Source of the DNA: Rebecca billardiae RCC1528
Taxonomy: Eukaryota; Protista; Haptophyta
DNA length: 64,000 bases
Assembly: GCA_965240325.2 (NCBI GenBank)
Contig: OZ251233.1
Location: 558,001-622,000 of the forward strand
Reading direction: 5' to 3'
This document shows, piece after piece, positions 1 through 12,400 of this stretch; position 1 is the stretch's first letter, and every line of letters begins with the position of its first letter. The translations under genes were made by a program, and so were the position numbers. The notes beneath the pieces were generated by a model. It saw only the letters and a list, made by a program, of their open reading frames with translations, had not been told where the DNA came from and made no database searches.

Positions 1-3000
1 GCCATCGCCCCCGCCGCGCCCGCCGCCGAGCCCGCCACCGAGCCCGCCGCCGTCGCCCCCGCCGAGCCCACCGCCGAGCCCACCACCCTTGCCGCCGCCA
101 AGCCCACCGCCAAGCCCGCCGCCGACTCCGCCACCCTCGCCGCCACCGAGTCCGCCGCCAAGTCCGCCGCCGTCGCCGCCGCCATCACCGCCACCGAGCC
201 CACCACCAAGCCCACCGCCAAGCCCACCACCTTCGCCGCCGCCGAGCCCACCGCCGAGCCCACCGCCCTTGCCGCCGCCCAGCCCGCCGCCAAGCCCGCC
301 GCCGACTCCGCCACCCTCGCCGCCACCGAGTCCGCCGCCAAGCCCGCCGCCGTCACCGCCGCCATCACCGCCGCCGAGCCCACCACCAAGCCCACCGCCG
401 AGCCCACCGCCTTCGCCGCCGCCGAGCCCGCCGCCGAGCCCGCCACCGAGCCCGCCGCCCAGCCCACCGCCGTCGCCGCCACCGTCACCGCCACCGAGCC
501 CACCGCCAAGCCCTCCGCCAAGTCCGCCGCCGAGCCCGCCTCCGAGCCCGCCTCCAAGTCCGCCACCAAGCCCACCGCCCTCTCCGCCACCAAGCCCGCC
601 ACCAAGCCCGCCCCCGAGCCCACCGCCGAGCCCGCCGCCGAGCCCGCCGCCTTCACCGCCTCCGAGCCCGCCCCCCAGCCCTCCGCCCTCGCCGCCGCCA
701 AGCCCGCCGCCGTCGCCACCTCCGAGCCCGCCGCCAAGCCCGCCGCCCTCACCGCCACCATCACCGCCACCGAGCCCACCACCGTCGCCGCCGCCTTCGC
801 CGCCACCGAGTCCGCCGCCCTCACCACCGCCTTCGCCACCGCCCTCGCCGCCGCCCTCGCCGCCGCCGAGCCCGCCGCCTTCACCGCCTCCGAGCCCGCC
901 CCCAAGCCCTCCGCCCTCGCCGCCGCCAAGCCCGCCACCGAGCCCGCCGCCGAGCCCACCGCCCTCGCCGCCTCCGAGCCCGCCCCCAAGCCCACCGCCT
1001 TCGCCGCCTCCGAGCCCGCCACCAAGCCCGCCACCCTCGCCGCCACCATCACCGCCGCCAAGCCCACCGCCCTCGCCGCCGCCATCGCCGCCGCCAAGCC
1101 CGCCACCAAGCCCACCGCCGAGCCCACCGCCCTCGCCGCCACCGTCGCCGCCGCCGAGCCCACCGCCCTCGCCGCCTCCGAGCCCGCCTCCAAGCCCGCC
1201 GCCTTCACCGCCACCATCACCGCCACCAAGCCCGCCGCCGTCGCCGCCGCCGTCGCCGCCGCCAAGCCCGCCACCGAGCCCCCCACCGAGCCCACCGCCC
1301 TCGCCACCACCATCGCCGCCGCCGAGCCCACCGCCGTCGCCACCGCCATCCCCGCCGCCAAGCCCGCCACCGAGCCCGCCACCCAGCCCGCCGCCCTCGC
1401 CGCCACCGTCCCCACCGCCGATCCCACCGCCCTCACCGCCTCCGAGCCCGCCCCCAAGCCCTCCGCCCTCGCCGCCGCCAAGCCCGCCGCCAAGCCCGCC
1501 TCCGAGCCCACCGCCCTCGCCGCCGCCCTCGCCGCCGCCGAGCCCACCGCCCTCGCCGCCTCCGAGCCCGCCACCAAGCCCGCCGCCCTCGCCGCCACCG
1601 TCACCGCCGCCAAGCCCGCCGCCGTCGCCGCCGCCGTCGCCGCCCCCAAGCCCACCGCCGAGCCCGCCGCCGAGCCCACCGCCCTCGCCGCCACCGTCGC
1701 CGCCGCCGAGCCCGCCGCCCTCGCCGCCACCGTCGCCGCCGCCGAGCCCACCGCCCTCGCCGCCTCCAAGCCCGCCACCGAGCCCGCCGCCTTCACCGCC
1801 ACCGTCACCGCCACCGAGCCCGCCGCCCTCGCCGCCGCCCTCGCCGCCGCCAAGCCCGCCACCGAGCCCGCCGCCGAGCCCACCGCCCTCACCGCCTCCG
1901 AGCCCGCCCCCAAGCCCACCGCCCTCGCCGCCGCCGTCACCGCCACCAAGCCCGCCACCCTCACCGCCGCCCTCGCCGCCCCCAAGCCCGCCACCGAGTC
2001 CGCCACCGAGCCCACCACCCTCGCCGCCACCGTCGCCGCCACCGAGCCCACCGCCCTCACCGCCTCCGAGCCCGCCTCCGAGCCCGCCACCTTCACCGCC
2101 GCCGTCACCGCCACCAAGCCCTCCGCCGTCGCCGCCGCCCTTGCCGCCGCCGTCACCGCCACCGAGCCCGCCGCCGAGCCCACCGCCCTCGCCGCCACCG
2201 TCGCCGCCACCGAGCCCACCGCCCTCGCCGCCTCCGAGCCCGCCCCCAAGCCCTCCGCCCTCGCCGCCGCCAAGCCCGCCACCGTCGCCACCTCCGAGCC
2301 CGCCTCCTAGCCCGCCGCCATCGCCGCCGCCATCGCCGCCGCCGAGCCCGCCGCCAAGCCCGCCGCCGAGCCCGCCCCCAAGCCCGCCGCCAAGCCCGCC
2401 GCCCGCGCCGCCGCCATCACCGCCGCCGAGCCCACCGCCCAGCCCGCCGCCAAGTCCGCCGCCCTCGCCGCCTCCGAGCCCGCCACCCAGCCCTCCCCCG
2501 TCACCGCCGCCGAGCCCCCCACCATCGCCACCTCCGAGCCCGCCGCCGAGCCCGCCACCATCGCCACCGCCATCGCCGCCACCGAGCCCGCCTCCATCGC
2601 CGCCGCCGAGCCCGCCACCGTCGCCGCCGCCAAGCCCGCCTCCAAGCCCGCCGCCATCGCCGCCGCCATCGCCGCCCCCTAGCCCGCCGCCAAGCCCACC
2701 GCCCTCGCCGCCGCCATCGCCGCCGCCGAGCCCACCGCCCTCACCGCCCCCGAGCCCACCTCCAAGCCCGCCGCCGTCGCCTCCTCCAAGCCCGCCGCCG
2801 TCGCCACCTCCGAGCCCACCACCGAGGCCGCCGCCGTCACCGCCGCCATCGCCGCCGCCGAGCCCGCCGCCGAGCCCACCACCGTCGCCGCCGCCGAGCC
2901 CACCGCCAACCCCGCCTCCTGTGCCGCCGCCGATGCCACCACCGAGCCCGCCTCCGTCGCCACCGCCCAGCTCGCCACCGTGGCCGCCGCCGAGCCCGCC

Positions 3001-3460
3001 TCCGATGGCGCCACCATCACCCCCACCAAGCCCGCCGCCATCGCCACCTCCATCGCCGCCGCCGTCGCCGCCGCCAAGCCCACCGCCGTCGCCGCCGCCA
3101 TCGCCCCCGCCGCTCGCGCCGCCGTCACCGCCTCCGTCGCCACCGCCGAGCGCGCCGCCGCACCCGCCACCGAGCCCGCCGCCGAGCGCGCCGCCGAGCC
3201 CGCCGCCATCCCCTCCACCATCCCAGCCGAGCGTGCCGCAGCCGCCGCCTTCTCCGCCGCCGAGCCCGCCTCGCGAGCCGCCGCCGAGCCCGCCGCCGAG
3301 CCCGCCGCCGCAGCCGCCGCCGTCGCCGCCGCCGAGTCCGCCGCCGAGCCCGCCGCCGCTGCCGCCGCCGCCGCCGCGCGCCGAGCCCTTCCCGCCGCCG
3401 AGCCCGCCGAGCGCGCCGCCGTCCGAGCCGCCGTCGGCGCCGCCACCGCCGCCGCCGCCG
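1..3460 (+). repeat. Coding Ser-Pro-Pro-Pro (12-bp period) extensin-like repeat, copy A
   Basis: Continuous SPPP translation with mixed synonymous codons, ending at PPPPPPP-LVRAL (Leu codon at 3461). Confidence 0.97.
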
Positions 3461-6400
3461 CTCGTGCGCGCGCTCGTCCTCGCCGTCTCGCCCTCCTCCG
3501 TGCCCCTCGACGACGGCTCGGACGACGACTCTGCCGCCGCCGGCCGCCGGCTGGCAGCGGGCGGCGCGGCGCGGCGCGACGCTGCCAGCAGCGCACTCAC
3601 GCTGAGCGGGCGCGGCTTCTTCGCGTCGGAGGGCGGCGTGGAGGGCGGCGCGTTCTGCACGCTGCACGCGGGCACGCCGACCGACGCGCAGATCGCGAGC
3701 GGCAGCGCGCCGCCGCTCGCCACCCTCAACGCCACCGTGCAGTCGGACGAGGCGGCGAGCTGCGCGCTGCCGCGCGCGCTCGCGCGCGCGGCGCGCGCGG
3801 GCGGCGTGGGCGCTGGGCAGTTCCGGCTTGCGCTGTGGCTGGACGGCGGCGGGCGCGCGGTGCCGTCGCTCTTCGGCCCGCCCGCGCTGCGCCTCTTCGA
3901 CTTTGCGCAGGACGTCGCCGTCTCCGCCCTCGAGCCCGACGCCGGCCCCACGCGCGGCGGCACGGTGGTGACCCTCAGCGGCCGCGGCTTTGAGCTGGCG
4001 GCGGGCGGCGGCGGCTTCGGCGGCGGCGGCGCGGCGGCGGGCGGCGGCGGGCTGTGCTGCGTTCTGCCGGGCAGCGCGCACGGCGACGCGTGCGTCTCGA
4101 ACGCCACGCTGCTCCGCCCGCTCAACGGCACGAGCCGCGCGCGCTGCGTGACGCCGCCCACGGCCGGCGGCGCGGCCGCTTACGTGCTCGAGCTCGGCCG
4201 GTGGGGAGATGCAATCTCGGCATCGGGAGATGCGATCTCGGCGCGCACGGACTCGGCCGCGCGCTTTGCGTACTACGACGACTCGGCGCTGCGCGTGCGC
4301 TCGGTCACGCCCTCGAGCGGCGCGGCGCGCGTCACCACGCTCGTCGTCGTCGACGGCGCCGGGCCTCTGCTCGGCGGCGCGCGCGTGCGGCTCGCGTTTG
4401 GCGGAGCGCGCGCCGAGCCGCCGCTCGCGGCTGCGCCGGGCGCGGGCGTGGTGCTGCAGCGCGCGGCGCACGCCGTGGCGAGCGCCGACGGCTCGGGCGG
4501 CGCGCGGCGCGCGCAGCTCTTCGTCTCGCTCAACGGGCAGCAGTGGAGCCCGCCCCAGCCGGACGGGCCGGGCGCCGTGTACTTTGAGTTTGACGAGGCG
4601 GCGCACGCGCCCGACCTCGAGAGCGCGCACTTCGACGCGGCCAGCGGCGCGGCGCTGCTGGTGCGCTTCGACGCGCAGCCGACCGACCGCGCGGGGATGG
4701 GCGGCGCGCTCGGGCCGTGCGCCGCCGTGCTCGACGACGAGACGCTCGAGGCGCTCACCGACGCCCCCACCGACGCCGCCGCCGGCGCGCCCGCCGCCGC
4801 CGATCCCGCCGCCGTTGGCTTGCAGCCGCAGTGCCACTGGCGCGACGACTCGACCCTCGTCGTGCGGCTGAGCGCGAGCACGCGCGCGGCGCCCGGGATG
4901 CGCGTGGGCGTGCGCGCGGGCGCGGTGCGCCCCGCCGCGTGCGCCGCGTCCGGCGGCTGCCCCGCCGAGCTCGCCAACGAGGCCGCCGCCGTCGTCGTCG
5001 ACGCGGACGCGCCGTGCGGCGCCGCGCCGTGCCCGACGCCCGTGGCGGTGCTGCGCGCGCCCGACACGATCTCGGCGTGCGCGAACGAGAGCCTGGCGCT
5101 CGACGGCGGCGCGTCGAGCACGGGCGGCGTGGGCCCCGCCACGTACGCGTGGGGGCTCGACGTCACCGCCTCCGGCGCGGGCGCGGCGCAGCTCGACGCT
5201 TCGCTGCGCGCGCTGCCGCCCACCGCCTCGGCCGCGCGCGTGGACGGGCTGCCGGCCGCGACGTCCGTCCGAGGCTTCGTGGTGGCGCTGCGGCTGACGT
5301 CGTTCCTCGGCGTGCAGTCGGAGCTGGCGTGGGCGGAGGTGCGCCGCGCGCGCGCGCCGGGCCCCGGGCTCCGCCTCGAGTCCGTGCCCACCGAGCCCGT
5401 CCGCCCGGACTCGGCGCTCGAGCTGGGCGCGCGCGTGGGCGCGCTCGCGCCGTGCTGGGGCGCGGACCAAGGCGGCCGCGTGAGCGTGCGCTGGCGCGTG
5501 CTGCGCGCGACGGCGCTCGACGCGGCGGCGCGCGCGGCGCCGGCCGCGCCACTGCCCGAGCTCGCGCCCCACGCGTCGGGCGCGCAGCTCCGCCTGCCCG
5601 CGCACGCGCTCCGCGCCGCGCACGAGTACGAGATCGAGGTGGTCGCCAGCATGGCCGCCGAGCCCGCGGCGGCGACGAGCGCTCGCGCGACCGTGCGCGT
5701 GCGGCGCGTGCCGCCGCGCGCCGTGCTCGGCGCGTCGGCGCGGCGGTTCGGCGCGGCGGAGGCGGTGGTGGTCGACGCCTCGGCGAGCACCGACCCGAAC
5801 GAGCCCGCCGGCGCCGCGCCCGCGCTCGACTTTGGCTGGAGCCTCGCGCTCGGCGCGGACGGCGGCGGCGGCGCGCTGCCGCTGCCGCCGTCCGCGAGCG
5901 CGTCCGCCGCCGGCGTGCTGACGATTCCGGCGGGCGCGCTGGGCGCGGGCGCGAGCTACGCGGTGCGCGTGCGCGTCACGCCGCGCGGCGCCGCGTACCC
6001 CGCGCCCGCCGACGAGGCGACGATGGCGCTCGAGATCCTGCCGCCGCCCGCGGCCGGCGGCGGCGGCGGCGGCGCGCCGCCTTCGGTCGAGTTGGCGCCG
6101 CTGCCTCGCGGCGCGGCGGTCAACCCGACGTGGCGGCGGCCGTCGGAGCGGCTGGCGCTGCAGGCGCGCGGCGCGGACACGCGCGCGTACGCGTACGCGT
6201 GGCGCGCCTCCCTCGTCGGCGCGCGCGGCGCGCTCTCGCCCGCGCCGCTCAACCTGAGCGACACGGCGGCCACCACGACCACCGGAGACGCCGCGCCCGC
6301 GCTCGCGTTCAGAAGCGGCGCGCTCGCGCCCGGCGCCGAGTACGTGTTCGAGCTGCGCGTGACGGACGTGGGCGACGCGGCGCGCGGCGTGGGGCTCGCG

Positions 6401-9400
6401 TCGGTGCGCGTGCGCGTCAACCGCCCGCCGTTCGGCGGCTCCCTCGGCGTGCACACCGCCGACGGCGCCTCGGCGGCGGGCGGCCGCGTGCCGCTCGGCG
6501 CGCCGCTCACGCTGAGCGCGCGCGGCTGGGCGGCGGAGGAGGCCGAAGCGCTGCCGCTGTCGTACGCCTTTGCGCACGCGGCCGCGGGCGCGGAGGGCGC
6601 GGGCGGCGGCGAGGGCACGCCGCTCGGCGCCGCCGCCGCGGGCGTGCCCGTGCTCCGCGACGTCGTCCTCCCCGCGGGCTCGCTGCGGCTGCTCGTCAGC
6701 GTGGCCGACGCGCGCGGCGCCGAGGCGCGCGCGGCCGCCGCTGTGGAGGTGGTGCCGCCGCCGCGCGAGGCGCTGGACGGCGTGGCGCTCGGCGCGCTGA
6801 TCGAGCGCGCGTGGGGGGCGGTGGAGCGGGCGGACGGGTCGCGCGCGCTCGGGCTCGTCGCCACCGTCGCCACGCTCGACGCCGCCGCCACGCCGCCCGC
6901 TGCCTCACTCCTCGCGATCGCGGCCGAGGCGGGCGCGCTCGGCGGCGCCGGGCGCGCGGCGCGCGCGCAGCACGCCGCCGCGCTCGAGGCGGTGACGCGC
7001 GCGGCGGGTGGGCGTCTGCTGGACGACGACGCGTCGGCGCAGGCGAGCGTGCTCGCGCAGGCCGCCGGCCTCGCCGACGCCGCGCTCGAGAGCGGCGACG
7101 GCGTCGACGACGCCACCGCCGCCGCCCTGATCGCCGTCGCCGACCGAGCGCTGCTCGCCAACGCGACGACGGCGGCGGCCGCGGTCGCGGCGGGCGGCGG
7201 TGACGGGGCCGCGGCGCGTGCGGAGGCGGCGGCGCTTGGGCTCTCGGCGCTGCGGCTCGCGTCGTCGCTCACGCGCGCGCTGCTCGCCGGCGCCGTCGCC
7301 GGCGAGCCGCCCATCCGCCTCAGCGGCATCGCCGTCGGCGTGGCGGCGGCGCGCGTGGCCGCGGGCACGCTCGCGCCGAGCGCCGATGCCGCGTCGCCGG
7401 GCGGCGCCGCGGCGTCGACGGCGGGCTGGGTCGAGCTGGGGACGTCCGGCGGCGTGCGCGTGCCCGCGTCGACGCTGCTGGCCCAGCAGCACGCGGGCGC
7501 GCTCGGCTCGGACGGCGCGGTCGACGTCGTTCTGAGCGCCATCTCGGTGCGCACACTCGAGCAGGCGTGGGCGCTGCGCGGCGGAGCCAATGCGAGCGGC
7601 GGCGGCGGCGGCGCGTCCGCCGCGTCCGCCGAGCTCGGTGTGGGCTGGGCCGAGGGTGCGGGCGGCACGCCGTTTGTCACGGCGATCATGTCGGCGACGC
7701 TGTACGCCGCGGGCGCGCCCTCCGCCCTCGCCGTGCGCGCCCTGCCCGAGCCGGTCCTGCTGGCGCTGCCGCCGCTGCTGGCGCAGACGACGACGGGTGC
7801 GGCCGCGACGTCGGCGGCCGCGGGCGGCGGCGCGGGCGACGGCGATGGCGGCGGCGGCGCGCTCGTGAGGGCGTGCCGCTTCTGGGACGAGGGCGCGGCC
7901 GAGTGGTCCTCCGAGGGCTGCGCGGCCGTCGGCGCCCCCGCCGGCCGAGACCCATCCCTCCTCTACTGCGCGTGCGACCACCTGACCACATTCGCAGGGC
8001 TCGGGCTGCCGACGAGCGCCGCACAGGCGCGCGCGGACGCGGAGGCGGTGCGCATCAACACCTTCTCCGGCGCGGACGCGATCCAGGTGCTCTCCGAGCC
8101 CGCGCAGGGGCAGCGCGAGAACCCCACGATCTACCGGCTCGTGTACCTCCTCGCGGGCGCCAACGCCCTCGCCCTCGGCGCCGCGCTCCTCGCAGACCGG
8201 CGGGGCGCGTCGTCGTACGGCCGGTGGCACGCCTCGGAGCTCAAGACGAGCGGCATGGCCAGCGTGGCGCCCGGCGGCGGGGGCGCGAGTGGCGGGAGTG
8301 GCGGGGCTGGCTGCACCGAGCCGGCCGGCTCCGCCGCCGCCGCACCGCCCAGAGCCAGGCTGGGCAGCTGCGTGGCGCAGGCCTGCGGGTGCGGCCCGTG
8401 CGGCGGGTGCGGCCGCGGCAGCACTTCTTCCTTCTCCCAGCGGCTCGGGCTGAGCGCCCGGCAGCCCACGAGCGAGGACGGCAGCGAGGCGTCCAGCTCG
8501 CCGCCGCTCGTCGCGGCGGAGCTGCGCGACGCGCCGTCCACCGTCGAGCGCGTGCGCACGCGCCGCCGCGAGCGCGAGACGGCGGAGGCGCAGCAGGCGT
8601 CGTGTCCGCCGAGCCGGAGCAGCGGCGGCAGCGGCGGCGCTCAGCCGCCCACGCCGCTCGCGCTGCCGCCCGCCGCCGCGGCGCGCACGCCGCCCTCGCT
8701 GCCCTCGCCGCCGCCGCGCCGCGCGCCCGTCACGCCCATCGCGCCCGCCGAGCCCGCCGCCGCGCCACGCCGCCGCTCGACGCTGCTGCCATCGATGCCC
8801 AAGCGCGCCACACAGCTCGTCGCCACCGCCGGCGCCAAGCGCGCCGCCGCCGCCGCCGCCGCGCCGCGCGACTCTGTGTGGTCAGCCGCGGCGCAGAAGC
8901 CGCAGCTGCCGCCCGCGCCGGGCTCGGTGCGCGCGCGCGTGCTGCTGCTGGCGTACCGGCTGGCCGACGAGCACTCGCTCCTCGTGCTGCTCTTCGGCCC
9001 GGCGGCGCGCGGCGTGCGCAAGGCCGAGCTTGCGCAGACGCTGTGCAACCTCGCGGCGGTGCAGCTGCTGCTCGAGTGTATGCTGTATGACGAAGCGGGC
9101 GGCGGCGGCGGCGGCGGCGGCGAGACGCGCGTGCTCACGATGGTGCTCTACGCGTGCGTCGCCGCGGCGGTCGCGCTGCCCGCCCTCGCCGCGTGCCGCG
9201 CGCTGTGGGCGTTTGGGCGCGCGGGCGGCGTCGACGACAGCCCGGCCGCGCGCCTGTTCCGCGCGCTGAGCGCCACCCTCGAGGGGCAGCGGCGCGCGGT
9301 GGCGGGCTCGCGCACCGCGCGGCTCTCCGCAATCGTCGAGTCGTCCATGCACCAGCCGCGCGCGCGCGCGCACGCACCCGCCGTGCGCGCCGACGCCAAG

Positions 9401-12400
9401 CTCGCCGCCACCGACGACGACGACGACGACGACGAGCGCGGCGGCGGCGGAGGCGACGACGACGACGACGACAGCGGCCGCGACCGCGCGGCACGCTTCG
9501 CCGCGCAGCTCAGCGCGACACAGCGCGCGAGCGTGCCCCCGCTCGCACTGTGCGGCGGGCTGAGCGCGCCCGCGCCCGCGCAGGGAGCTCTGCCGACGCC
9601 TACCGACGGCGCGGGCAGCGCCGACCGCGTCACACCGGTGCGCGCGGCGCCCGGCCGCGCCGCGCCGGCGGCCTCGGCGCAGCAGCCGCAGCCGCAGCAG
9701 CCGCAGCAGCCGCAGCAGCCGCAGCAGCGCCGGCCCGCGTCGGCGCACGCGCGGCCGGCGCCGCCGACGGTCGACGGCGCGCGCGCCGCCGACCGAGTGG
9801 CACCGACGCGCGCGATGGCCGCGGACGCGCGGCCCTCCTCTGCGCTCGGCTGCGCGCGCGGCGGCGGCACGCGCCGCCCGGGCTCGGCTGGCGTGACACT
9901 CAGCGGCGGCGGCATCGTCGCGCCCCTGCAGCCGGGGGCCGGCGGCGGCGGCGGCGCGCTGTCGGAGCGGATTGCTGCGGCGGCGGTTGAGCGCGCGCGC
10001 TCCGACGCCGAGGAGGAGGAGGAGGAGACCGGCAGTGCTGCCGCTGCGTGCACAGGCGCGGGCGCGCGACCGCTGCTCTCTGGGCGCGGCGGCGCGCGCC
10101 CGCGCAGCGCGACCGCGCTGCCGCCCTCGGCGCGCGCCAAGTTTGCCCCACGCGCCGCCGCGCAGCTGCACTCGAGTGACAACAGCGCACCGAGCACACC
10201 GACGGCCTCGCCGCCGGGTTGCGCGAGCCGCGGGTACAGGCTGAGCGAGGACAGCAGCACGCCCACGCCCGCCTCGCTCAGCGCGGTGCCGCCGCTGTCA
10301 ACTCAGCCGCCCGCGAGCCCGCCGCCCTCGCCGCCGCCGCCGCCGCGCCGCTCCGTGCGGCTCCCGCCGCCGCCGCCGCGCGCGCCGGCCGGCGGCGCGG
10401 GGGCACCGGCGTCAGCGTCGGCGCCCGCGCCTGCGCCCGCGCGGCGATCGAGCCGCATGCGCCCGCCGCCGCCAGCGGCGGGCGCGGCGGCGTCGGCGGT
10501 GGTGCCGCCGCCGGGCGTGGCCGCGCCGACGCCGGGCGCTCGGCCGGGCCTCGAGCGCGCGGGCTCGACGAGACGCCCGCTGCCGCCGTCAAGCGGCATC
10601 GCGCTCAACAGCGTCAGCTGCTGCGCACCGGCTGGAGGCAAGGGCGCCAGCGGTGCCGCCGCGGCGCGCACCGCGTGGTCAGACGCGGGCGGTTCGGCCA
10701 GCGGCCCGGCTGCCGCCCCGCCGCAGCGGCCCGACCCGGCCGCAGCGGACGCGGAGGACATCGCAGCGGCCGAGGCCGAGCGAGCGGCGGCGGCGGCGGC
10801 GAGGCAGCAAATGCGGCCCTCGACTGCGCCGCGGCTGAGCTGCGGCGGCGCGGTGGACGCCGCCGAGGCGGCGGCGGCATCGAGCGCGCAGCCGGCGGCG
10901 CCCGCGCCCGCGGCCGCCACGGCTGAGGCCGAGGCCGCCGCGGCGCGCGCCACGGCAGCTGTGACCGCGCCCGCTGCGGCCGTGAGCGCGGCGCCCGCGG
11001 CGGCTTCGGCGGCTGCGGACGCGCTGGCGGCCGCCGCGCAGGGCATGGCGAGCGCCATCCCAACGCTTCGCGCCGCACCCGCCGCCGCGCCCGCCGCCGC
11101 GCCGACGGCGCAGCCGATGCTCCTGCCGTGGGCTGGCGGCACCGGTGCCGCCTCCGCCGCCCTGCCCCCAGAGCCTCGGACGCCGCCGAGCGCGTACGAG
11201 CTGGCGGCATTCACGCAGCGGCGCGCCGAGGCGCTGGCGGCGCGCGCCGCGCCGCCGGCCGCGGCGGACTCGCCGACGAAGCGCACGCCGCGCACCATCG
11301 CCGCGCCCATCCTGCTCGGCAGCCGGATGACGGCGGACGAGTGGCGGCTCGACACGCCCGGCGCGTGCAGCGCGAGATCGGAGCCGAGATCGAGATCGGG
11401 CGCGAGATCGGGCGCGGCGTCGGCGAGGTCGGCGCCATCCGCCGACGCCTCGCCCGCGGCCGAGTCGCCGCCGGCCGCCGCCGACGTCGGCGCGCGCGGA
11501 GGCGGCACGGCGGCGCCCGCTGCGGCGGTCGTGCCGGTAGAGGCGGCGCCGCCCGCAGCTGACGCCCCGGTGCCGCCGTCCGCGCGCGAGCAGCGGCCGG
11601 GTGCGGCCGAGCCGCCGGCCGGCTGGGCCGCGCAAGCCGTGCTGCGCGCCGTGGCGGCTTGCTCGGCCGCCCCGCCGGCCGGCGCGCCCCGCGCCGACGG
11701 CGAGTCGTGGCCGATCGCGCTGCCCAGCGCGCAGGGCGACGGCGCGCGCCGGGCGCCGCTGCGCCTGCCCTCTCGCTCCGTCGCCTCCGCCATCGCCAAC
11801 CGGCGGCGCAGCTCGGTCGAGATGACGACTGCCGAGACGCAGGCGCTGCACACGCTCGTCCGCCTCTTCGACTCGACCGAGCGGCGCCGCCTCGGCCTCG
11901 GCGCGCTGCGCATGCTCGTCGCCGAGCTGGGCGACCCGATGACCGCGCCCGAGCTGCGCCGGCTGCTGCGCGCGATCGCCGGGCGGAGCGTGCGCGCCGC
12001 CGACGAGATGGAGGTGGGCGCGTTCGAGCTGTGCGCGTGGTACGCGCGCGCCAAGGCCGCGCACGCGCGCGCGGCGCGGCAGCCGCCGCGCGCACGGCGC
12101 CTCCGCCCGCTCCTCACGTGGGCGGCCATGCTGGGCATCTTCGCCGGGCTGTGCGCGCTGAGCATCGTGTACGGCCGCGTGCTGGGCGAGGCTGCGACGC
12201 GCGGCATGGTCTCCTCGTGGGGCTTCTCGCTGCTCAGCTCGCTGCTGCTGCAGGAGGGGCTGCTCGGCGCGTTCGCGCAGCTGATGCCCGAGCTCAGCCG
12301 GCGCGGCGCGAGCGGCAGCCACGCGCTCGCCGCGACGATCAGCCAGCAGCTCGCCGTGGCGCCGCGCGCGCTCATGCCCGCGCTCAGGGCGACCACCGCG

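Noticed and set aside
3125-12396. Many overlapping Arg/Ala-rich ORFs of 100-1150 aa on both strands (also at 22200-31300 and 54700-63990)
   Set aside because: Expected from stop-codon scarcity at very high GC. They overlap better-supported genes and lack domains.
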